Origin: Patescibacteria group bacterium
GTDB lineage: Bacteria; Patescibacteriota; Microgenomatia; Levybacterales; UBA12049
Length of the DNA stretch: 64,000 bases
Assembly (NCBI GenBank): GCA_026004395.1
Contig: BPJB01000001.1
Span: forward strand, 905,226-969,225
Direction of reading: 5' to 3'
Shown: positions 38,886 to 47,911 of the stretch, one piece after another
How positions within the stretch are numbered: the first letter of the stretch is position 1
Layout: every line of letters starts with the position of its first letter
Notes under the pieces: model-generated
The model's database searches: none
What the model was told of the DNA's origin: nothing
Seen by the model: the letters and a program-made list of their open reading frames with translations, nothing else
Made by a program: the position numbers and the translations under genes

Positions 38886-41800
38886 GATATACTTCTGGTA
38901 GTGATGACACAAACAGAGGAATATGGTCCAATGGCCAATACGCGATGTCGGTATTTACACAAATGGTGTTAATAGAATTTTAGTCAAAAGGAGATTCTGG
39001 CAACGTCGGCATCGGGACAACAACACCCCTTGGCAAACTCAATGTTGATGGTGCTGCCACCGGCAAAGCATTGGTCATCCTCAATGAAACTGGTGATCAG
39101 GCCATACTCACTGCCAGTAAGTCAGGATCAACCAAGTTCCTCATTGACAACAACGGCAATGTTGGCATTGGCACCACTACTATCACCCCAGGCTTCACCT
39201 TCGACAATATCGGACGCGGCAGATTCTCAACAGGTCTATCAATCGGCACAACTGCCACCACCAACACACTCGAACTCTCAGGTACTCTCAACCAAACCTC
39301 AGGTCAAGTAACCTTCGGTGGAAACGTAGATGCTACATCAGGTCTTGACGTCACAGGTGCCTCCCTCACCGTTGGAGGATCAGCCTTCACAGTCACCACC
39401 GCTGGAGTCATAACTGGTACATCCCAAACACTCACCTCAACAGGCAACGCCCTCACACTCTCTGGTGCTGGTGCCAATATATCCTTCAGCGGTGCTGGTC
39501 TTGCCCAAATCACAACAGCTGCCTCCCAACACCTCGCCCTCATGCCAGGCGGCAACGTGGGTATTGGGACGACAACACCCCAAATGAAACTCGATGTAGC
39601 AGGAGCAATAGGAATATCAGGCACAACTGTCATTGATGCATCAAGAAACCTAACCAACATCGCAGGAGTATCAACACACCTTAACCCAACAACTGCCAAC
39701 ACCTACAACCTAGGAACAGGAACTGGCAATCAATACCTCAACCTCTACGCACAAAACATCTACCAAAATGGTATAGCAGTCTGTGACGCCAATGGCAACA
39801 ACTGCCCAACAGGTGGCAACGCTGGACCATGGACAGAAACAGCAGGCATTGTCTACCTAGACACCACCTCCAACAAAGTCTCAATAGGTGACACAACAAC
39901 AGAACACAAACTAGAAGTAGAAGGAGCAATCACCGGCAAAGCACTAGTCTCCCTCTGGGAAAAAGGTGATCAGGACATCTTAGTAGCCTCCAACTCTGCT
40001 ACCCCCACCAACGTCTTCAGAATTACCAATAACGGCTCAATTATCAGCAATGGCACTATTACCGCATCAACCACTAATACCATCAATAGTCTATCCATCA
40101 ACAATGCATCCATCACCAACGCAGTTAATCTAACAGCATCAGGAACAATCACCTTCTCAGGATTAACTCCCAACAGATTAGTCACCACTGATCCCTCATC
40201 CAATCTCACCACCTCCATCTCCTCAGCCAACGTCGCTGCATCAGTAACTGACGAAACAGGAACTGGCAATCTAGTCTTTAACACCTCACCCTCATTCACA
40301 ACCAGCATCACAACAGGATCAACCTCCTTCTCCCTCCTCAATACAACAGCAACTACCATCAACGCCTTCGGTGCAGCAACAACACTGAATATAGGAGCAA
40401 ACTCCGGAACCTTAACACTTGGCAATCCAACTGTTGTTGGCACTCAAACAACTCAAAATCTCTGGAATACCACTGCCACAACCATCAACTTTGCAGGAGC
40501 AGCAACTACTTTGAATATGGGAGCCTCTTCTGGAACAACAACCATCAACAATGCCACTCTCTCTCTACCTAATGCCACCTCAGTCAATATCGCAGGAGCA
40601 TCAGCTATCATCAACCTCTCCTCCTCAACTGGTGCCAAACAAATACAAACAGGTGGAACTACCAACTTAGCCCTCATGCCAGGCGGCAACGTCGGCATCG
40701 GGACGACGAATCCGGGGGCTAAACTTGAAGTTAACGGAACTAGTGATATTGTTCAACTGAAGGTAAAACCAAATGGAAGTCAAACAGCTAATCTTATCGA
40801 AGTTGGAACAGGTAACTTAACCTTTGCCATAAATGGATCCAATAATGTCGCTGTCTCTACTCTTCCTTCAACTGATACCTTCCTAAGAGTCGGTTCTACA
40901 GGATATATCTCATTTAACTCATCTTCTGCTGTCTATGGTATTACTACCACTCCTGTTAACTTTGGTTCAGGAAACGTAGTTGGTATCAGCGCAGGTCCTG
41001 TTACAAATAACTCAGGCGCTGTTTCTGCAATAACAAGTATCTATGGAAGTGTGCGCACAGCGGGTGGAGTATCCAATATTGTAGCAGCAGGAAAAATTTT
41101 TGAAGCTGGTTCCCCTACGATTTCATCAGGTGGTATTACTACTCTTACAGGACTTTATATCAATCAACAAAAAGTAAGTGGTGTGACAACTGGTTATGGT
41201 ATCTATCAAGTATCCTCTGCAGACCTGAATTACTTCGCTGGCAACGTCGGCATCGGGACGACAGCACCAGTCCACAAACTAGAACTAGCTACCCATACAA
41301 CAGCAGCTGGTGGTATAGGTTTTGGCACTGATGTAGAACTCTACAGAGGAGCTGCTAACACACTCTACCTTGCCTCTGGTGACTCTCTCAACTTAGTATC
41401 CGGCAATCTACAAGTTGCTGGTACAACAGTTATCACCAGTGGTAGGATCATCCAGGCTGCCAATGGATCTGCTGCCTCACCCTCATTCACCTTCGCCTCC
41501 GACACCAACACAGGCATATTTGGAACTGGCGCTGATGTACTTGCTCTCTCAACTGCTGGAGTAGAGAGACTAAGAGTTGATGCCAGCGGCAATGTGGGTA
41601 TAAACACCACCTCACCCTCCTATAAACTAGACGTCCAAGGTGGATCAGGCATAGTAGCTCAGTTTAGTGGCAGAGTCATAGGCGCTGATGCTATCAACAC
41701 CAATGAGTTCGTAACTCTAGGTCAACTCCAAGGAGGCAGTGGATCCCTCTGGCTTGATGGTGGAGATTATCTATATCCTAACTCCTCCTTTGCCACCAAT

Positions 41801-44800
41801 GTCATGGTACCATCAGGAAGACTAGGTATAGGTCTAACATCTACTCCTTTCAAATTAGAAATCAATGGCAATGATCCCGGCAAAGCCCTAGTCTCCCTCA
41901 ACTACACTGGCACTGATCAAAACATCTTAGTTGCCTCTCAATCTGGAAATCTAAAGTTTGCTGTAGGATACAATGGCAATATCACATCAGCAACTGGTAC
42001 CCAATGGCTTCCCACCTCAGATTCAACCACTGCTTTGAATATTGCCAATGCTGCAGGAACTTCATTCGTCACCTTTGACAGTACTAATCAACGTGTTGGA
42101 ATTGGGACTACAGCACCAACTACCAAGTTAGAACTAGGCAGTGGTCAATTAGCAGTACCACTAGGATCAGCTACAACTCCATCCTACACCTTCAGCGGAG
42201 ATCTCAATACCGGAATCTGGTCATCAGGAGCAGACACTCTCAACTTCTCCACAGGAGGATCTGAAAGAATAAGAATTATCAGCAACGGCAACGTCGGCAT
42301 CGGGACGACGGGACCTACGGCAAAACTACAAATTGAAGGCTCTGGGGCAAATATATTCCTTAGCAACACGACCTCAAAGTATATCACTTTTGGAGCAGCC
42401 GGCTTTGCTCCTCCTGCTATAGATAGTGCCGGAACCAAATTAATCCTTTACGGTAGTGCCAATAATAATACTAATAACCCAAGATATGCGATGGGGATTG
42501 CACCATCAGAATTGTGGTATTCAAGTGGAGGTGTGCATAGGTGGTATACAGAAAGCGCAGGAACATGGACACCAAGGATGACAATAGATACCTCCGGCAA
42601 CGTCGGCATCGGGACGACAGCTCCTCTTGAAAAACTAGATGTATCAGGAAATGCAACAGTCTCTGGCAATCTCACCTTCTCTGGAGCAAGAACAATCGCC
42701 TCAAGAGCATTCACTCAACTAACCATTGGTGATACCCAAACTGGAAATATCCTTTTCTCACCAGCATCTGGAAAACAAATAATGTTCTTCTCCTCATCCA
42801 ACTACATAGACTCCTCTGGAAACCTTGTTCTCGCTGGCACAACAGGCATCACAGCATCAGGAACAGGTGCTGGTCTTAATTTCTCAGGCACTGGAACCCA
42901 TATCATCCAAGCAAGCGCTGGCACTCTCCAAATCAACGCCTTCACTCTAGGAGGAGCCATAACAGGCAACAACCAAAACATCTCCAGCATCGGCAACATC
43001 ACAGCCAATACCAGTGCCAATACCATAACAGGATTTGGTACTATTGGAACATCAGGTACTACAGCATTCCAAGGTATAACAGCAACACTCAATGGTACTG
43101 GCAACGCTCTCACCCTCTCTGGTGCTGGCGCCAACATCGCCTTTACTGGTGCTGGTCTTGCACAGATCACAACAGCTGCCTCCCAACACCTCGCCCTCAT
43201 GCCAGGCGGCAACGTCGGTATAAACACCACCTCACCCTCCTACAAACTAGACGTCCAAGGTGGATCAGGCATAGTAGCTCAGTTTAGTGGCAGAGTCATA
43301 GGCGCTGATGCTATCAACACCAATGAGTTCGTAACTCTAGGTCAACTCCAAGGAGGCAGTGGATCCCTCTGGCTTGATGGTGGAGACTATCTCTACCCCA
43401 ACTCCTCCTTTGCCACCAATGTCATGGTACCATCAGGAAGACTAGGTGTTGGTCTCTCCTCCACTCCCTTCAAACTGGAAATAACAGGTGCTGATGCTGG
43501 CAAAGCTCTAGCTTCCTTCAACTACACAGGCACTGATCAGAACATCCTTGTTGCTTCACAATCTGGCACACTCAAATTTGCTGTTGGATACAATGGCAAC
43601 ATCACCTCTGCAACAGGTACCAAATGGCTACCTACCTCAGACTCAACCACTGCTTTGAATATAGCCAACTCCTCTGGTACCTCCTTCGTCACCTTTGACA
43701 CTACCAATCAGAGAGTTGGAATTGGGACGACGGCACCTGGAGCAACATTAGACGTATCTGGGACTGATACTTTATTGCAAGATATAAGGTTTGTAGAAGC
43801 AAGCGGAATTAACTATATCCAAAGTACTAACAATAGAGGAGCAAACACATGGCAACCTCTCCACATTGGTGCTGGTTACAGTGGAAGCGATATTAAATTA
43901 GCAATAGACTCTACAGGCAACGTCGGCATCGGGACAACGGGACCGGGACAAAGATTAGATGTACAAGCTTCTGGAACAAATGATGATAGTATAAGACTCA
44001 CCACTGGAAATGCAGATGGTGGTTTACGCTTGAAAAATACTGGCACCGGCGGAGTTGAGTGGTTTATTGATTCTACATCAGGCTCAAGTGGTTACGGACA
44101 AGGAAAACTTGCGTTCGTACCAAATGTTGGGAGCACTCCAACAATGACATTAAGTGGCAGCAACGTAGGTATAAGCACCACAGCTCCAGGGGCATTACTG
44201 GATGTTAGAGGCAACGTTAGATTTCTTTCACAGACCAATAATTATTATCGTACATTTTTTGAAGCTACTACTGAAGGCGGATGGAATTTTCCGTCAATGA
44301 TAGTAGGACAACAAAGAGGAATTGTTATAAAAGATCGATCTGGACTAAGCGGAGGATTATGGCTAAATGGAGGAGATTATAATGCCATTGGTTCAAGAGG
44401 CGGAATAGGAGTTGGTTTAGTTACTGATCTTGGAACATATTTTGCATTAACCTCTTCATCTTCATTCATTAGATTTCACGATGGACAAATTATATTTTAT
44501 GGTAATACAGGATTAACCCCAGGATCAACGTTTTCGCCAACAGAACGTATACGTATTGATGCAACCGGCAACGTCGGCATCGGGACGACGAATCCAACAG
44601 AAAAATTAGAAGTAGTCGGAGATGTGAGGCTTAGGTCTGATAGTGATGTAAATACAAGTGTAGGATCTGGAGTATTGCAAATTTTAAACTCTGGGGGCAC
44701 AGCTGGTATTCATCTTGATGCTAACGAAATCCAAGCTATAGGAAATGATCTCCATATCAACAATGATAATCAAGTTAATACACATATTAACAACTTAGTT

Positions 44801-47800
44801 CACATAACTACAGGCGGCAACGTCGGCATCGGGACGACGGGTCCGGTAGCGAAGTTGGATGTGGCAGGATTAATAAAAGGTTCAAGTGGTTTTAGCTCCG
44901 ATGGTACAGCGAAAGTATTAACATACAGGTTGTCGAATTCAACCACAAATAGTGGCGATAGGTATATTGGAAGATTTACCGGCTCTCAATCTAACAGAAT
45001 AAAAATTACTATCATTGGTCAGGACGGATATAGTGGCTCTTCGCTTGGTAGAGAAACGGTAATTTATGGACAGTTTAATAATAATAATGATTTAGAGGGT
45101 CAATGGTACAACCTTGGTGGTTCAAATGGGGGAGCAATAACAGATGTTAAAGTGGAAGATATGGGTGCCAATGATTTCAAAATATACATTACTCATGGAC
45201 AATATTTTGAAGCAGTAGTAACAGTTGAAATAAGCGGTGGAACATTTACACCAGCTGACTCTCTTACTTCACCAACTGCTTACACTTCGCTTACAAAGCA
45301 ATTTATAGTCTTAGCAAATACTGGTATTGGATATGAAAATCCAGGTACGGCGAAATTGGCAATAAATGGCAACGTCGGCATCGGGACGACGAATCCTTCT
45401 TACAAACTTGATGTTCAAGGAGGATCTGGAATTGTTGCTCAGTTCTCAGGAAGAGTCATAGGCGCTGATGCTGTCAACACCAATGAGTTTGTTACTCTAG
45501 GTCAACTCCAAGGTGGCAGTGGATCCCTCTGGCTTGATGGTGGAGACTATCTCTACCCCAACTCCTCCTTTGCCACCAATGTCATGGTACCATCAGGAAG
45601 ACTAGGTATAGGTCTAACATCTACTCCTTTCAAATTAGAGATCAGTGGCAATGATCCCGGCAAAGCCCTAGTCTCCCTCAACTACACTGGCACTGATCAA
45701 AACATCTTAGTTGCCTCTCAATCTGGAAATCTAAAGTTTGCTGTAGGATACAATGGCAATATCACATCAGCAACTGGTACCCAATGGCTTCCCACCTCAG
45801 ACTCAACCACTGCTTTGAATATTGCCAATGCTGCAGGAACTTCATTCGTCACCTTTGACAGTACTAATCAACGTGTTGGTATTGGGACTACAGCACCAAC
45901 TACCAAGTTAGAACTAGGCAGTGGTCAATTAGCAGTACCACTAGGATCAGCTACAACTCCATCCTACACCTTCAGCGGAGATCTCAATACCGGAATCTGG
46001 TCATCAGGAGCAGACACTCTCAACTTCTCCACAGGAGGATCTGAAAGAATAAGAATTATCAGCAACGGCAACGTCGGCATCGGGACGACAGCACCAGTCC
46101 ACAAACTAGAACTAGCTACCCATACAACAGCAGCTGGTGGTATAGGTTTTGGCACTGATGTAGAACTCTACAGAGGAGCTGCTAACACACTCTACCTTGC
46201 CTCTGGTGACTCTCTCAACTTAGTATCCGGCAATCTACAAGTTGCTGGTACAACAGTTATCACCAGTGGTAGGATCATCCAGGCTGCCAATGGATCTGCT
46301 GCCTCACCCTCATTCACCTTCGCCTCCGACACCAACACAGGCATATTTGGAACTGGCGCTGATGTACTTGCCATCTCAACTGCTGGAGTAGAGAGACTAA
46401 GAGTTGATGCCAGCGGCAATGTGGGTATAAACACCACCTCACCCTCCTATAAACTAGACGTCCAAGGTGGATCAGGCATAGTAGCTCAGTTTAGTGGCAG
46501 AGTCATAGGCGCTGATGCTATCAACACCAATGAGTTCGTAACTCTAGGTCAACTCCAAGGAGGCAGTGGATCCCTCTGGCTTGATGGTGGAGACTATCTC
46601 TACCCCAACTCCTCCTTTGCCACCAATGTCATGGTACCATCAGGAAGACTAGGTATAGGTCTAACATCTACTCCTTTCAAATTAGAAATCAATGGCAATG
46701 ATCCCGGCAAAGCCCTAGTCTCCCTCAACTACACTGGCACTGATCAAAACATCTTAGTTGCCTCTCAATCTGGAAATCTAAAGTTTGCTGTAGGATACAA
46801 TGGCAATATCACATCAGCAACTGGTACCCAATGGCTTCCCACCTCAGATTCAACCACTGCTTTGAATATTGCCAATGCTGCAGGAACTTCATTCGTCACC
46901 TTTGACAGTACTAATCAACGTGTTGGAATTGGGACTACAGCACCAACTACCAAGTTAGAACTAGGCAGTGGTCAATTAGCAGTACCACTAGGATCAGCTA
47001 CAACTCCATCCTACACCTTCAGCGGAGATCTCAATACCGGAATCTGGTCATCAGGAGCAGACACTCTCAACTTCTCCACAGGAGGATCTGAAAGAATAAG
47101 AATTATCAGCAACGGCAACGTCGGCATCGGGACGACGAATCCAGGGGCGAAACTAGAAATTTCAAATGGAACAATTGGTATACAAGTTGCTCCAGGACTA
47201 TATTGGAATGGTAGTTCTATGGTTTCAGATAATAACTGGGTTAATTTTGATATTCCAGGCACTAAAAACGTTAACTTTTCAGATAATTTTATAGTAACCG
47301 GTGGCAACGTCGGCATCGGGACGACGAGTCCTGAAGCCAAACTTAATGTCCAAGGTGGAAGTATAAGAGTTGGATCCTCTTCAGGAAATTATGAAGAGAT
47401 TACGGGTGGCGATATTGGTATAAGACATCGCTGGGTAAACGATCCTGCAGACAACTATAGATTTTGGCTAGCAGCTAACGCAGGTATTGCCCTCGGGCTT
47501 ACTGGTAATGACGGTGGCGCCCTACGACTTGCAGATAGCGGAGCAAATACAGTGACTTTCTATGTCAAACAAAGTGGTATAGGAATTCTAAGAGCTAGTA
47601 GCAATGATGTCCTTGCTTTTACCTCTTCCGGCAACGTCGGCATCGGGACAACAGTACCAGCGTATAAATTGGATGTTGTTGGAGAGATTAGGGCATTTGG
47701 TAGTGGAGATACAAGATACAGAGTATATTCTAGTGGGACTACTGGTTGGGTAGGTTACGAATTAAGATCAAGCGGTTTAGATGCATTTGCTGGTGGTATA

Positions 47801-47895
47801 TTTAGAAACAATGCTGATAATAACAGAGTATCTATTTGGTCTAAAAATCAAGAAGCAATAAGTATTTTAGATTCCGGCAACGTCGGCATCGGGAC
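37278..47895 (+). repeat. 16 identical copies of the 20-mer GGCAACGTCGGCATCGGGAC within the giant gene
   Basis: Starts at 37278, 38766, 38999, 40685, 41240, 42287, 42596, 43916, 44567, 44816, 45368, 46067, 47114, 47303, 47630 and 47876 (manual count); partial copies at ~43208, 43724, 50680 and 52085. Confidence 0.9.
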
Positions 47896-47911
47896 GACGG
47901 GACCGGGGTAG
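38999..47911 (+). CDS. Giant fibre protein, part 2 (repeat/cassette region)
   Basis: About 2,970 open codons with many GNVGIGTT motifs, duplicated blocks and DAINTNEFVTLGQL neck-like motifs. Continuation of part 1, not a true start. Confidence 0.85.
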   Translation, partial: GNVGIGTTTPLGKLNVDGAATGKALVILNETGDQAILTASKSGSTKFLIDNNGNVGIGTTTITPGFTFDNIGRGRFSTGLSIGTTATTNTLELSGTLNQTSGQVTFGGNVDATSGLDVTGASLTVGGSAFTVTTAGVITGTSQTLTSTGNALTLSGAGANISFSGAGLAQITTAASQHLALMPGGNVGIGTTTPQMKLDVAGAIGISGTTVIDASRNLTNIAGVSTHLNPTTANTYNLGTGTGNQYLNLYAQNIYQNGIAVCDANGNNCPTGGNAGPWTETAGIVYLDTTSNKVSIGDTTTEHKLEVEGAITGKALVSLWEKGDQDILVASNSATPTNVFRITNNGSIISNGTITASTTNTINSLSINNASITNAVNLTASGTITFSGLTPNRLVTTDPSSNLTTSISSANVAASVTDETGTGNLVFNTSPSFTTSITTGSTSFSLLNTTATTINAFGAATTLNIGANSGTLTLGNPTVVGTQTTQNLWNTTATTINFAGAATTLNMGASSGTTTINNATLSLPNATSVNIAGASAIINLSSSTGAKQIQTGGTTNLALMPGGNVGIGTTNPGAKLEVNGTSDIVQLKVKPNGSQTANLIEVGTGNLTFAINGSNNVAVSTLPSTDTFLRVGSTGYISFNSSSAVYGITTTPVNFGSGNVVGISAGPVTNNSGAVSAITSIYGSVRTAGGVSNIVAAGKIFEAGSPTISSGGITTLTGLYINQQKVSGVTTGYGIYQVSSADLNYFAGNVGIGTTAPVHKLELATHTTAAGGIGFGTDVELYRGAANTLYLASGDSLNLVSGNLQVAGTTVITSGRIIQAANGSAASPSFTFASDTNTGIFGTGADVLALSTAGVERLRVDASGNVGINTTSPSYKLDVQGGSGIVAQFSGRVIGADAINTNEFVTLGQLQGGSGSLWLDGGDYLYPNSSFATNVMVPSGRLGIGLTSTPFKLEINGNDPGKALVSLNYTGTDQNILVASQSGNLKFAVGYNGNITSATGTQWLPTSDSTTALNIANAAGTSFVTFDSTNQRVGIGTTAPTTKLELGSGQLAVPLGSATTPSYTFSGDLNTGIWSSGADTLNFSTGGSERIRIISNGNVGIGTTGPTAKLQIEGSGANIFLSNTTSKYITFGAAGFAPPAIDSAGTKLILYGSANNNTNNPRYAMGIAPSELWYSSGGVHRWYTESAGTWTPRMTIDTSGNVGIGTTAPLEKLDVSGNATVSGNLTFSGARTIASRAFTQLTIGDTQTGNILFSPASGKQIMFFSSSNYIDSSGNLVLAGTTGITASGTGAGLNFSGTGTHIIQASAGTLQINAFTLGGAITGNNQNISSIGNITANTSANTITGFGTIGTSGTTAFQGITATLNGTGNALTLSGAGANIAFTGAGLAQITTAASQHLALMPGGNVGINTTSPSYKLDVQGGSGIVAQFSGRVIGADAINTNEFVTLGQLQGGSGSLWLDGGDYLYPNSSFATNVMVPSGRLGVGLSSTPFKLEITGADAGKALASFNYTGTDQNILVASQSGTLKFAVGYNGNITSATGTKWLPTSDSTTALNIANSSGTSFVTFDTTNQRVGIGTTAPGATLDVSGTDTLLQDIRFVEASGINYIQSTNNRGANTWQPLHIGAGYSGSDIKLAIDSTGNVGIGTTGPGQRLDVQASGTNDDSIRLTTGNADGGLRLKNTGTGGVEWFIDSTSGSSGYGQGKLAFVPNVGSTPTMTLSGSNVGISTTAPGALLDVRGNVRFLSQTNNYYRTFFEATTEGGWNFPSMIVGQQRGIVIKDRSGLSGGLWLNGGDYNAIGSRGGIGVGLVTDLGTYFALTSSSSFIRFHDGQIIFYGNTGLTPGSTFSPTERIRIDATGNVGIGTTNPTEKLEVVGDVRLRSDSDVNTSVGSGVLQILNSGGTAGIHLDANEIQAIGNDLHINNDNQVNTHINNLVHITTGGNVGIGTTGPVAKLDVAGLIKGSSGFSSDGTAKVLTYRLSNSTTNSGDRYIGRFTGSQSNRIKITIIGQDGYSGSSLGRETVIYGQFNNNNDLEGQWYNLGGSNGGAITDVKVEDMGANDFKIYITHGQYFEAVVTVEISGGTFTPADSLTSPTAYTSLTKQFIVLANTGIGYENPGTAKLAINGNVGIGTTNPSYKLDVQGGSGIVAQFSGRVIGADAVNTNEFVTLGQLQGGSGSLWLDGGDYLYPNSSFATNVMVPSGRLGIGLTSTPFKLEISGNDPGKALVSLNYTGTDQNILVASQSGNLKFAVGYNGNITSATGTQWLPTSDSTTALNIANAAGTSFVTFDSTNQRVGIGTTAPTTKLELGSGQLAVPLGSATTPSYTFSGDLNTGIWSSGADTLNFSTGGSERIRIISNGNVGIGTTAPVHKLELATHTTAAGGIGFGTDVELYRGAANTLYLASGDSLNLVSGNLQVAGTTVITSGRIIQAANGSAASPSFTFASDTNTGIFGTGADVLAISTAGVERLRVDASGNVGINTTSPSYKLDVQGGSGIVAQFSGRVIGADAINTNEFVTLGQLQGGSGSLWLDGGDYLYPNSSFATNVMVPSGRLGIGLTSTPFKLEINGNDPGKALVSLNYTGTDQNILVASQSGNLKFAVGYNGNITSATGTQWLPTSDSTTALNIANAAGTSFVTFDSTNQRVGIGTTAPTTKLELGSGQLAVPLGSATTPSYTFSGDLNTGIWSSGADTLNFSTGGSERIRIISNGNVGIGTTNPGAKLEISNGTIGIQVAPGLYWNGSSMVSDNNWVNFDIPGTKNVNFSDNFIVTGGNVGIGTTSPEAKLNVQGGSIRVGSSSGNYEEITGGDIGIRHRWVNDPADNYRFWLAANAGIALGLTGNDGGALRLADSGANTVTFYVKQSGIGILRASSNDVLAFTSSGNVGIGTTVPAYKLDVVGEIRAFGSGDTRYRVYSSGTTGWVGYELRSSGLDAFAGGIFRNNADNNRVSIWSKNQEAISILDSGNVGIGTTGPG

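Noticed and set aside
37278-47900. CRISPR array interpretation of the repeated 20-mer
   Set aside because: Spacing is 189 to >1600 bp and irregular, the repeats are in frame in a coding sequence, and there are no cas genes.
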